Positions 9,222 through 17,541 of a stretch of DNA of 64,000 bases are shown here, in pieces (position 1 is the first letter of the stretch; the number at the start of each line of letters is the position of its first letter). This stretch comes from Escherichia phage DK-13, in the sequence record MT611523.1. One strand, 5' to 3'. The notes beneath the pieces are model-generated. The model worked only from the letters and a program-made list of their open reading frames with translations, did not search any database and had not been told where the DNA came from. The translations under genes were made by a program, and so were the position numbers.

Positions 9222-9362
9222 CCAGTAAGAAAAGCCCATGATGTTTCTCTGTGGAACTTACTGGTTGTGCCTATCGCTGCAACACAAGGGGTGCACTTAC
9301 CTCAGGTCACAACGGAACATATCCATTCCATCATCGGTTACTTTACCGGAATCCCTTCCTAA
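9222..9362 (+). pseudogene. start-less, rearranged partial copy of the 8982-9179 gene
   Basis: translation ...LWNLLVVPIAATQGVHLPQV aligns with ...LWNFVVAPIALAHGVILPVV of the upstream gene; no start codon; preceded by a copy of that gene's 3' end. Confidence 0.35.
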
Positions 9363-10108
9363 ACTTTTGCGTACTTCCAAAAATGGCCGTTTGACCTATA
9401 CATTCGGCCTGTCTTTTTATTTCTTTTACAAGCTGTGTATATATTTTGAGTATTGCCCGCCAATTGTAATAATTCCTTTGCCTCAGCTCCCGAATTATAC
9501 TTTTCAAGTATATTACCAAATTCATCGCATCTACAAACCGGTGTTCCAGTTGCCTTTCGGCATGCTTCTCGGCGCAACTTTTTCGTTTCTTCGGTTTGCG
9601 GATTTTCTTTAAATCGTCTCATTTGTGCATCGCGATTCTTTTGCCGTTGTTCATCAGTAATTGGATTATTTTGATAATACAATTTTAATGAGTTGGCTAT
9701 TTTGCTTTTGGTTTTATCAGACGCAGGGTGGTCGTTATGTCGCTTGTGTAAAGCAATTAACATTTTGTCTTTAAACTCGGATTGACTCCATAAGTTTGAC
9801 ATATGTTCACTAACGGCTTTACTATGTTCTTTTCGCATCCATTCATATTTTGCGCTATCAAATTTGTCACCACACATCCGGTGTATAGCAAACATTAATT
9901 TAGAAAGTCGATAAATTTTAAAAAGTAACAAATGCGCAATAAAATGTTCTCTTGCTGATAACAATACCAAATTATCTTCGGTGTCAGGCCCACCCAAACA
10001 CCTTGGTAGTATATGATGGGACTCCGTATAAAATGGGATATTCTTTTTGTTTAGGCCCCTTGCGAGGCCTTTGTCTATTAATTTATTATATAATTTTAGA
10101 TAATTCAT
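9359..10108 (-). CDS. HNH homing endonuclease (Mob-like), freestanding
   Basis: ESHHILPRCLGG ... N ... H HNH motif; ATG overlaps gene 61 stop (ATGA). Confidence 0.8.
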   Translation of the reverse strand: MNYLKLYNKLIDKGLARGLNKKNIPFYTESHHILPRCLGGPDTEDNLVLLSAREHFIAHLLLFKIYRLSKLMFAIHRMCGDKFDSAKYEWMRKEHSKAVSEHMSNLWSQSEFKDKMLIALHKRHNDHPASDKTKSKIANSLKLYYQNNPITDEQRQKNRDAQMRRFKENPQTEETKKLRREACRKATGTPVCRCDEFGNILEKYNSGAEAKELLQLAGNTQNIYTACKRNKKTGRMYRSNGHFWKYAKV

Positions 10109-11133
10109 ATTTTTGCATATTTGGATAATCGAAGTTTTGCCATTAAACCTTGTGCAATATTATCATTCATATAGGCTTCAATTTGCTCAGGCGTTGCTCC
10201 TTCCGATTTAATCATTTCATTTATATCTTTCGTATGCCACGGTGCATTGTCCCAGAACATAACAGCTTCTCCTGCATCGACTAATTTCTTCATACGTTTA
10301 ATTGTATCAGGATGTCTTGCTTCTGAATCCATCACCCATACTCTGGTTTCTGGATAAGGAACAGCTTCCAATGACAATGTTCCACCAGTTATCGCAATGC
10401 TGTTAGGGATAAACAAACTATCAATCGGACCTTCCATTACCCATACACGTTTACGCTCATCAATCTTGTCTACGCCATAGACTTTGGAAGCTTCTGGGTG
10501 AGCTTTGATTGTGATATATTTTTGTGGTGCATCTTTGCGAAGAGCTCGTCCTTGGAAAGATTCGATTTCTTTTTTGCCGTTGAAGATAGGAATAACCAAG
10601 CGTGGTTCATTCGTTTCATTCTTATACGTCCCAGGATTAACGGAGTTAACTAATGCGGGCCATTGGTTTGTAAACCATAACCGGTTCCAAACATTGCTCG
10701 GAATACACCGACTTTTTACATACTTAACTATCGGATGCGCTTCTGGTAAAGTATCGAGTCTTTCACAAAAAGCAAGCTGCTCAATAACCGGAGTTTTTTC
10801 TGGTTCTTTCGGAGTTTCAATGACTTCATTGCGTTGTCGCCCGAAGGCGTTCTCCTTATACTTCTCAACCATATATTCCCGGTGTAAATCCGGCTCAAAC
10901 TCTTTTATGTATTTGCTTATATGCGTGGAGTAGTCACAGTTAAAACATTTCACGTAAACCGCACCATCAGCCGGATTAGTATACGCCCAGAATCGAGCCT
11001 TGTGTGAATCTTTCTGGGAGTCCCCACAAACCTTGCAACGACAGTTTGCTTTAAATGTGCTCCCGGTGACTTCTCTATAACGTGGTTGATACGATAAAGC
11101 TCTGACTGCAAATTCTTTATCAATATATGACAT
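10105..11133 (-). CDS. 61: DNA primase gp61
   Basis: 342 aa; N-terminal CxxC...CxxC zinc ribbon and TOPRIM-like core; T4 gene order 56-61-41. Confidence 0.9.
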   Translation of the reverse strand: MSYIDKEFAVRALSYQPRYREVTGSTFKANCRCKVCGDSQKDSHKARFWAYTNPADGAVYVKCFNCDYSTHISKYIKEFEPDLHREYMVEKYKENAFGRQRNEVIETPKEPEKTPVIEQLAFCERLDTLPEAHPIVKYVKSRCIPSNVWNRLWFTNQWPALVNSVNPGTYKNETNEPRLVIPIFNGKKEIESFQGRALRKDAPQKYITIKAHPEASKVYGVDKIDERKRVWVMEGPIDSLFIPNSIAITGGTLSLEAVPYPETRVWVMDSEARHPDTIKRMKKLVDAGEAVMFWDNAPWHTKDINEMIKSEGATPEQIEAYMNDNIAQGLMAKLRLSKYAKI

Positions 11134-11165
11134 AGTTTCCTCATTTCAATGGCCCCGAAGGACCA

Positions 11166-11333
11166 TTATACTGTAGGTTTATCGTCTTTGTTCTTACGCT
11201 TTTTTGATGGGATTTGTTCAGGGCCTTTATTGACAACTGCCCCGGAAGTGGTACCTGTTGCGATATTAGTTGGGTTTCCACCTGCATCACCGGCAACCAT
11301 ATTTTCGTTGATAAAATCTTTGAATGTTTTCAT
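11166..11333 (-). CDS. small protein with capsid-targeting-like N-terminus (55 aa)
   Basis: MKTFKDFINE followed by I-x-E resembles the T4 internal-protein CTS (MKTYQEFIAE); exact TATAAATA 17 nt upstream. Confidence 0.4.
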   Translation of the reverse strand: MKTFKDFINENMVAGDAGGNPTNIATGTTSGAVVNKGPEQIPSKKRKNKDDKPTV

Positions 11334-11349
11334 AACACCCCCTTTCCGC

Positions 11350-11357
11350 TATTTATA
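11350..11357 (-). promoter_or_regulatory. T4-type late promoter TATAAATA
   Basis: exact TATAAATA on minus strand upstream of ORF 11166-11333. Confidence 0.45.
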
Positions 11358-11544
11358 CAACGAAGATAGCTTTATCACCATTTGCATCAGTCACTTCATA
11401 AGTGTCTTCATGATACAATGGAATAATCCAGGTAACACCATCATCAGCGATAACATGGATTGCTTCTTGGTCTTGCGACACGATTTCATATTCTTCAAAA
11501 ATCTGGAAGACGGAAATCTTAGAGCCCGTACACATTGCACTCAT
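11353..11544 (-). CDS. hypothetical protein (63 aa)
   Basis: co-oriented acidic ORF. Confidence 0.3.
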   Translation of the reverse strand: MSAMCTGSKISVFQIFEEYEIVSQDQEAIHVIADDGVTWIIPLYHEDTYEVTDANGDKAIFVV

Positions 11545-11740
11545 ATTGTTCCCTTCTTTTAATCAGTTGGCGATGTGCCTTTTTAAGTTTACGAATCTGA
11601 CGTTTAGTCGGTCGAGCAACGTAAGCTTGAGTAGTTACTCGTCCAAAAACTCCATACTTGGGAGACGGAGTATCAATAAAGACTTCCCATTGACAAGAGT
11701 AACTATATATTGCTTTAGAGAATTGGGTCAAAACAAACAT
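11519..11740 (-). CDS. small basic protein, PTKRQIR paralogue 1 (73 aa)
   Basis: W..hI ... Y.ARPTKRQIRKLKK motif shared with ORFs 12887-13126 and 35730-35915. Confidence 0.45.
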   Translation of the reverse strand: MFVLTQFSKAIYSYSCQWEVFIDTPSPKYGVFGRVTTQAYVARPTKRQIRKLKKAHRQLIKRREQYECNVYGL

Positions 11741-11741
11741 A

Positions 11742-12095
11742 TTAACCTCGCTTCATGAAGGCATTAAAAATCTGGTCGTCAACAGACTGTTCTTGAGCTT
11801 TGACCCAAGCTCCTTCCAGAATGTCATTCGCTTCAGTAGATATCATGACCCCAATTTCAGGGTTTCCTGTTATCCATGCTGCACAATCGCGCACATTCTT
11901 TTTATCAAATGGGTAGCCGCGAGTATCTTCATAAGGTCCATTCATTACCATAAATGAGCGAGCCTTTATGATAACATCATCTTTAACGATAATATAACCA
12001 ATCGCCTGATTAAACCGAGGCTCACGGAATTCATAATGAGCATTACCGTCATTATTGCTCGCTAGTTCAAAATTCAGAAAATTATAATAACTCAT
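11742..12095 (-). CDS. hypothetical protein (117 aa)
   Basis: C-terminus VDDQIFNAFMKRG encoded by the 37-nt direct repeat shared with the next gene. Confidence 0.45.
   Translation of the reverse strand: MSYYNFLNFELASNNDGNAHYEFREPRFNQAIGYIIVKDDVIIKARSFMVMNGPYEDTRGYPFDKKNVRDCAAWITGNPEIGVMISTEANDILEGAWVKAQEQSVDDQIFNAFMKRG
11747..11783. repeat. 37-nt direct repeat, copy 1 (CTCGCTTCATGAAGGCATTAAAAATCTGGTCGTCAAC)
   Basis: identical to 12102-12138; encodes the last ~12 codons of both adjacent genes. Confidence 0.8.
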
Positions 12096-12096
12096 A

Positions 12097-12534
12097 CTAA
12101 TCTCGCTTCATGAAGGCATTAAAAATCTGGTCGTCAACTGAATATACAGGGGTTTCCAGAATTTTCAAAAGACTGTTTTTGATGTACTTACCCGGGATAC
12201 CCATATTAACAATACTGTCATTCAATTCATTGTCAGGGTTGATGTCTTTAAATTCAAACCCGTCAAACTCAACCTTGTCAGGAATACCATCAGCGAAAAA
12301 ATAAACCAATTGGTGCATTGTATTGCACGAAAATAATTTGGACTTGACCGCAATAAGTTCTTTCCAATGGTTTAATTCTTTGTTAAGAAGCTTATGAGCA
12401 AACGTAATTCTATCATCACTATCAACAAGAAAATAACCCAGGTATTGAATGTCGTCGCTCCAAAACACCCGGTATGCCTGTGCATTTGGATTTTTACAGC
12501 GAAGTTTTTTGATAACTAAATTTCTGTTAATCAT
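12097..12534 (-). CDS. hypothetical protein (about 145 aa)
   Basis: internal Met start chosen to avoid overlap with upstream ORF; C-terminus SVDDQIFNAFMKRD from repeat copy 2. Confidence 0.4.
   Translation of the reverse strand: MINRNLVIKKLRCKNPNAQAYRVFWSDDIQYLGYFLVDSDDRITFAHKLLNKELNHWKELIAVKSKLFSCNTMHQLVYFFADGIPDKVEFDGFEFKDINPDNELNDSIVNMGIPGKYIKNSLLKILETPVYSVDDQIFNAFMKRD
12102..12138. repeat. 37-nt direct repeat, copy 2
   Basis: identical to 11747-11783. Confidence 0.8.
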
Positions 12535-12535
12535 T

Positions 12536-12829
12536 TTATTCACCTGTAACCCATTGAACAATTTTGCTATTGTCAAATGAAGCATCGCAATACAGAACAT
12601 AGTTATACTGCATAACGTCACCAGAAGTCAATTTGTCAGATACTTCTTTAACCATATCAGGGCGGTCACGTTTAGTTATGTTCATAATATCAGCATAAAT
12701 CTGATGTTCAACATCAGTCTGGTCGGCAGTCATAGACCACTCACAAAGGTCTTTATCAAGTCCAGCAGTAACTGGAGCTGTACCACATGATGCTACGGTA
12801 AGAATTGCCGCGATTAATAACTTTTTCAT
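12536..12829 (-). CDS. secreted lipoprotein/periplasmic protein (97 aa), possibly Spackle-like
   Basis: signal peptide with lipobox-like VASC; T4 sp position between 61 and 41; own class-A promoter. Confidence 0.45.
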   Translation of the reverse strand: MKKLLIAAILTVASCGTAPVTAGLDKDLCEWSMTADQTDVEHQIYADIMNITKRDRPDMVKEVSDKLTSGDVMQYNYVLYCDASFDNSKIVQWVTGE

Positions 12830-12857
12830 TTCAATCTCCTCAGTAGTTGATAGGGAT

Positions 12858-12886
12858 AATATACAGCATTATCCCTTTGTTGTACA
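12858..12886 (-). promoter_or_regulatory. sigma70-type early promoter with class-A leader
   Basis: -35 TGTACA (12881-12886), 17-nt spacer, -10 TATATT; leader CCCTATCAACTACTGAGGAG. Confidence 0.5.
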
Positions 12887-13126
12887 CTATTTTAATGCAT
12901 CTTCCAGATAAATTTTGCGGAATTTGCGTTTTGTCTGACGAATCTGACGCTTGGTAGGTTTCACAGGAAATTCGAAGAACTCTACGTATTCTTGTTCATA
13001 ATCATTGTGGCCGACTGAAAGAACTAGTTCCCAGCTGCTTACGGTGCGTTGGATAAACATATTATGCTTACCAAAAGATTTATTCCAAAAAGAACTAGGG
13101 GTAGGTTTCATTAATGCGATATTCAT
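12887..13126 (-). CDS. small basic protein, PTKRQIR paralogue 2 (79 aa)
   Basis: VKPTKRQIRQTKRKFRK C-terminal motif. Confidence 0.45.
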   Translation of the reverse strand: MNIALMKPTPSSFWNKSFGKHNMFIQRTVSSWELVLSVGHNDYEQEYVEFFEFPVKPTKRQIRQTKRKFRKIYLEDALK

Positions 13127-13330
13127 TTAAATTTCCTCAATGCGGGCATCATATTCAAAAACTTTATTGTCATTAACAAAGGCTTTAACCAGCGCATTAT
13201 TCACTTCTGCATACTGCACTGTAACCCATTCAATCATATTTTTGTCACTAACATCCAGCGCGGTTTCTTTGGTAAACATATTACCGTTTTCAAACCAACC
13301 AATAAATACTACGTTCTCTAATTTATACAT
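13127..13330 (-). CDS. hypothetical protein (67 aa)
   Basis: co-oriented ORF. Confidence 0.4.
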   Translation of the reverse strand: MYKLENVVFIGWFENGNMFTKETALDVSDKNMIEWVTVQYAEVNNALVKAFVNDNKVFEYDARIEEI

Positions 13331-13648
13331 TTAGATTTCCTCGCAGAAGGCCCAGGCAGCGTGATAAACTGTTGCGCCTTTAGTATCATTTAAACAAACC
13401 ACGTCAACCGGTGCAATCACACGATAAAGACGGGGTTCTCCTCCATATGAGCGAGCTGCTCTTCCTGCATAGATACGTGCCAAACCAATATCTTCAGTAA
13501 AAAACACACGCCCTAAATTTTTCTTACGCCCAACTTCTGACAGAACACCAGTTGCATCAGGAGGGCAAAGCATATTTTGGATTCCAGCATTAGAGCTTGA
13601 CCCATGATAATAAACTTTGTATTCTGCCTTGCAATCAATGGTTTTCAT
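13331..13648 (-). CDS. small Arr-like ADP-ribosyltransferase-fold candidate (105 aa)
   Basis: YYHGSS ... FFTED ... GGEPRLYRV pattern resembles minimal Arr-type ART motifs; first gene after gene 41 where T4 has dmd. Confidence 0.3.
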   Translation of the reverse strand: MKTIDCKAEYKVYYHGSSSNAGIQNMLCPPDATGVLSEVGRKKNLGRVFFTEDIGLARIYAGRAARSYGGEPRLYRVIAPVDVVCLNDTKGATVYHAAWAFCEEI

Positions 13649-13674
13649 TTTATTCTCCAGTAGTTGATAGGGTC

Positions 13675-13703
13675 ATTATAACATAAGAAAAAGGGGCTGT
13701 AAG
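13675..13703 (-). promoter_or_regulatory. early promoter with class-A leader
   Basis: -10 TATAAT at 13675-13680; -35 lies inside the terminator hairpin; leader GACCCTATCAACTACTGGAG. Confidence 0.4.
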
Positions 13704-13708
13704 CCCCT
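13686..13708 (-). terminator. rho-independent terminator downstream of gene 41
   Basis: AGGGGCT-GTA-AGCCCCT hairpin followed by T-run on minus strand. Confidence 0.55.
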
Positions 13709-13719
13709 TTTAAAATATT

Positions 13720-15159
13720 TTAAAATTTCATTTGAGCAGCAAGGTCGTCCAGGTCGCTCCTGTTGACCCTGGTTTGTCGATTCATTTCAGCCTGGCGATT
13801 CATCTCACCGGTGGCTTCTTTAACTGTAGGGCCTTGTTTAGGAGCCGAATCATCATCAACCTCATACCAGCGCTGATTACCTTTCTTAACACCCATCTTG
13901 AATTTATTATAGTAGTTCTTATCACCATAACGAGACTTAAGCTGTTTGATTAACTGCAGCCCCATTTGAGCGAATTCTTCGGTCTCAACAACACCCAACA
14001 TAAAGTCAGCTGTATGAGCAATACCAAAGGATTCTGCGATGTCAGCCATATCAATCTCAGCTGCAACGTTCGCGCCCCTGGTTGTCTGCGCTGCAGTCCA
14101 CAGGACCACATTTTTCTCGACTGCCAGACCACGAAGTTCTTCTGCAACCATCTTAATCAGACCGTAACTATTTTCGGTAAACGTTTTCAGTCTTGAGCTT
14201 GCACAGATTGCCAGGTAGTCAACAATAATCACATCTGGTACAAACCCTTGCTTCAGCTTGTACTCGTTCAGTAATGCACGGAAGGTGTCCGCATGAGCAC
14301 CGCCAGTTGGATATTGTTTTATCTTCAGAGTCCCAAGAGTCCCGGAAGCACGCCATTTTTCCATCTTAGCTTTATATTCCGCCCATGACACATGACCTTC
14401 ATCAATATCATCCAGAGATACATCCAGCAAGTTGGCATCAATACGTTTGGCACATACTTCTTCAGCCATTTCCATGCTTATATAAAGCACATTATGACCA
14501 GTCTGAAGATAGTCAGCGGCTAACGAACAAAGTCCAAGGGATTTGCCGACGTTCGTCCCGGCCAGTAAAACGTTCTCTGTACCGTACTCAACCCCACCCT
14601 TTGTGATTTTATTCAGGATGTTAATACGGAACGGAACCTTCTTCGATTTGTTCAGATAAGTCTGGAATCGAGCTTCGTAATCGTTTAACCAGTCATGGCC
14701 CAGAGCGGAGTCAAAACAGATAGACAATGCATCGCGCATGATGTCGGGGATAGCACCAATATCCGGGATTCGTTTATCACGTTTATCTTTAGGAAGTTCG
14801 GCATTACTCTGGATTTCGATAATCCTGGATGTGGCATTGAACATCGCAGACTTCTGTACATACTTCTCGGTTTCTTTAACCAACCAGTCCTGGTCTTCTG
14901 GAGTATCGGCCAGGACTCCTAAGAGTTTCTTTGTGCCTTCATATTCGACTTCAGAAAGGTCAGAACTGTCGAGCGCGATATCAAGTGCAGTCTTAGTTGG
15001 TACCGCTTGATATTCTTTTACGTGTTCGTTAATCGTATTAAAAAGGGTCTTTGCAGGACCCTTTTCAAAATATGTGTTATTCAGATATGGCCAGACTTTA
15101 ACAAAATATTCCTTGTTAAAGAGTAGCTGGGATAAAATAGTTTCTACCACTTCCACCAC
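13720..15159 (-). CDS. 41: replicative DNA helicase gp41 (DnaB-like)
   Basis: 479 aa; Walker A GTNVGKS; T4 gene order 61-41-40-uvsX. Confidence 0.9.
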   Translation of the reverse strand: MVEVVETILSQLLFNKEYFVKVWPYLNNTYFEKGPAKTLFNTINEHVKEYQAVPTKTALDIALDSSDLSEVEYEGTKKLLGVLADTPEDQDWLVKETEKYVQKSAMFNATSRIIEIQSNAELPKDKRDKRIPDIGAIPDIMRDALSICFDSALGHDWLNDYEARFQTYLNKSKKVPFRINILNKITKGGVEYGTENVLLAGTNVGKSLGLCSLAADYLQTGHNVLYISMEMAEEVCAKRIDANLLDVSLDDIDEGHVSWAEYKAKMEKWRASGTLGTLKIKQYPTGGAHADTFRALLNEYKLKQGFVPDVIIVDYLAICASSRLKTFTENSYGLIKMVAEELRGLAVEKNVVLWTAAQTTRGANVAAEIDMADIAESFGIAHTADFMLGVVETEEFAQMGLQLIKQLKSRYGDKNYYNKFKMGVKKGNQRWYEVDDDSAPKQGPTVKEATGEMNRQAEMNRQTRVNRSDLDDLAAQMKF

Positions 15160-15488
15160 CTCTTTTTCATTTTAATCTTATCAATTTCATCTTGTATTTG
15201 CATTGTAACACACTTTTCTACATGCACAGCAAGCTCCGCTTTGCGGTCTTCGGAAGGGGTACCGAAATCAACTGAAACTTTTCCAGATGGTTCAATTTTA
15301 ATTCCGGTTACGTACACAATGTGACTGGACCCATCAGGGAGTGATAACAGAATTTCCTGTCGTACAGTTCCCATGGATTGCCGGATAATCTCCAAACTTT
15401 TTTCGTAGTAAGGTACAGAAGGAGCCTTAGCTCCCTCCGCATCTTTCTCGAAATTATCTAAATCAGATAAATCGATATCATTCATCAA
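15144..15488 (-). CDS. hypothetical protein (114 aa), in the T4 gene 40 position
   Basis: co-oriented ORF between uvsX and 41; assignment by position and size only. Confidence 0.4.
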   Translation of the reverse strand: MMNDIDLSDLDNFEKDAEGAKAPSVPYYEKSLEIIRQSMGTVRQEILLSLPDGSSHIVYVTGIKIEPSGKVSVDFGTPSEDRKAELAVHVEKCVTMQIQDEIDKIKMKKRWWKW

Positions 15489-16656
15489 GGTCTTCCATCA
15501 TATCTAAATCGTTTTCGATATCTGCAGCGGACGGTTTTGTCTTACCTTCAGGAGCAGAGTATTTTTCAACCTTGGAGGCAATAAGCGCATCAACTTCGGC
15601 ATCAACAACAGCATTGCTATCGATTGCACCCAGTTGGTAATGGCGTTTGATTGCATCACGGAAAGGTTCGTGTTTAAACAGCGGCCCCCAGAATTCGGTG
15701 CAGTTAGTATCTTTTGCGCGCCATGATTTTTCTTCGCGGACCATTTCCCCGGTCTCAACATCAAGATATTCACGGTTATACCAACCAACTTTTGGTTTAA
15801 CCACAAATCCGATTTCTATTGCCATATCAAGCAGGCCAGAATACGGGTCAATACCACCATCGAATTTTACATCAATGAAGAATTTACTTTTCTCTTTGAC
15901 CATACGAGATTTTTCGGCGTTCAGAACAAATTGGAAGCCTTCAAGTTCTTTACCAGTTTCTTTAATCTGACGTTTACCGATAATGAATACAGTGTCCGCG
16001 GAATACATAACACCTGTGCCACCGGTCATAACGGTTTTACTGTACATCTCAATCGTCTCGATTGTATGGTTAACCGCGACACAAGGAATATCCTTGATAC
16101 TAAAATAAGGGGTAACAATACGGAACAGAGATTTCAGGGATTTAGCACGAGTCATATCGCCAACGACTTTTTCGTTCATCGCATCTTCTGTTTCTTTTTT
16201 CGACGCCATGTTACCGATTGAGTCAATAAAGATAATGACTTTTTCACCACGCTCAATTGCTTCAAGCTGGTTAACCATATCAACTTTCAATTGTTCAACC
16301 GACTGGATTGGTGTATGGATAACACGCTCCGGGTCTACTTTCATTGCACGAAGATATGCTTCTGTGATACCAAATTCTGAATCATAGAACAAACAGATTG
16401 CGTCGGGGTATTTGTTCATATATGCAGAGACCATCGTTAAACCCATATTGGATTTAAAGTGTTTTGACGGACCAGCAAAAATAGTCAAACCTGACTGCAT
16501 ACCACCATCTAGTGCACCGCTGATTGCAATGTTCAGCATCGGGATTTTTGTACGAACTACATCTTTATCATTAAAGAACTTGGACTTGGTAAGAGTCGCA
16601 GTCATTTTGGATGTAGAAGCTTTAATCAAACGGGATTTCAAATCTGCAATAGACAT
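15478..16656 (-). CDS. uvsX: RecA-like recombinase UvsX
   Basis: 392 aa; Walker A GPSKHFKS; RecA-fold core. Confidence 0.9.
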   Translation of the reverse strand: MSIADLKSRLIKASTSKMTATLTKSKFFNDKDVVRTKIPMLNIAISGALDGGMQSGLTIFAGPSKHFKSNMGLTMVSAYMNKYPDAICLFYDSEFGITEAYLRAMKVDPERVIHTPIQSVEQLKVDMVNQLEAIERGEKVIIFIDSIGNMASKKETEDAMNEKVVGDMTRAKSLKSLFRIVTPYFSIKDIPCVAVNHTIETIEMYSKTVMTGGTGVMYSADTVFIIGKRQIKETGKELEGFQFVLNAEKSRMVKEKSKFFIDVKFDGGIDPYSGLLDMAIEIGFVVKPKVGWYNREYLDVETGEMVREEKSWRAKDTNCTEFWGPLFKHEPFRDAIKRHYQLGAIDSNAVVDAEVDALIASKVEKYSAPEGKTKPSAADIENDLDMMEDLDE

Positions 16657-16735
16657 TCATTTTTTCCATAGGCACCATTATATTTTTCTCACAGGTTTAA
16701 GATAGGATAATTATATCACTGTATTTTCAGAGCAA

Positions 16736-16864
16736 TTAACGATTGAATCCACGATTAATTGCACGTTCAACAATCTTCCGGGTCTGACGTTTGTCCCACC
16801 AGTACATAAAACCAATACCAAATGCAGACAACAGCCATAGGCTAATCAATAACATACCAATCAT
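16736..16864 (-). CDS. small membrane peptide (42 aa)
   Basis: hydrophobic N-terminus and basic tail; below the 60-aa track cutoff, found by hand translation. Confidence 0.3.
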   Translation of the reverse strand: MIGMLLISLWLLSAFGIGFMYWWDKRQTRKIVERAINRGFNR

Positions 16865-16885
16865 AATATTCTTCTCGCAGTTTGT

Positions 16886-17389
16886 TTAGTTAATACCTTG
16901 GCGTGCTTTCTCTTTAGCTACACATTTATTAATATAGCTCAGACGGTTTTGAGCAGAACGCTGATACATATCGCGGTACTCATTAGCTTTTGGAGAACCC
17001 GTCTCTGCTGCCTGATAAGCTTCTGCGCGCATGATGTTTATCTGCATATTGATGTATGACATGCAGACCTGTGAAATCTGGTTAACAGTATCCAGGTCAT
17101 TTTGTCGCTTGGTTTCTGCTTCCAGCTTGGCAATGATTTCGTCATGCTTCGCAGCTTGCTCGCGTTTGTACTCAATTTCTTGTTGAGCATATTTCGCGCA
17201 GTTGTTTCCACATTGATTGTTGTCGCGTTTGTAGATAAGTCCAGTACCACCTTTGAAATCAAAGGAACCATTATGCACCTGACGGTCTGCAGCAATTCGC
17301 GCTTTACCAATCTCGTTGGCATTAACAACATCACCCTGGTAAGCACAACCAGATAGCAGCATAACAGCTGCGATAGCTAACTTTTTCAT
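16886..17389 (-). CDS. lipoprotein (167 aa)
   Basis: signal peptide plus lipobox LLSGC; occupies the locus where T4 has beta-gt and gene 42. Confidence 0.6.
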   Translation of the reverse strand: MKKLAIAAVMLLSGCAYQGDVVNANEIGKARIAADRQVHNGSFDFKGGTGLIYKRDNNQCGNNCAKYAQQEIEYKREQAAKHDEIIAKLEAETKRQNDLDTVNQISQVCMSYINMQINIMRAEAYQAAETGSPKANEYRDMYQRSAQNRLSYINKCVAKEKARQGIN

Positions 17390-17397
17390 TTTGCTTC

Positions 17398-17541
17398 CTA
17401 ATTAAAACATTCATAGCGGGCTTGGAGCCCCAAAAATACCCAACCCAAAATTAAAGTTGGAATCATATGTGGAGTCATTATTGCCCAGTAGATTGACATA
17501 CTAAAAAATGCAATCAGTACAATAATTGTAATTATCTTCAT
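17398..17541 (-). CDS. small membrane peptide (47 aa)
   Basis: ATG overlaps imm stop (ATGA); hydrophobic; hand translation. Confidence 0.35.
   Translation of the reverse strand: MKIITIIVLIAFFSMSIYWAIMTPHMIPTLILGWVFLGLQARYECFN

Noticed and set aside
9238-9612. Plus-strand ORF 9238-9612 (124 aa)
   Set aside because: It runs antisense through the HNH endonuclease gene; only its first part corresponds to the rearranged partial copy described at 9222-9362, in a different frame.
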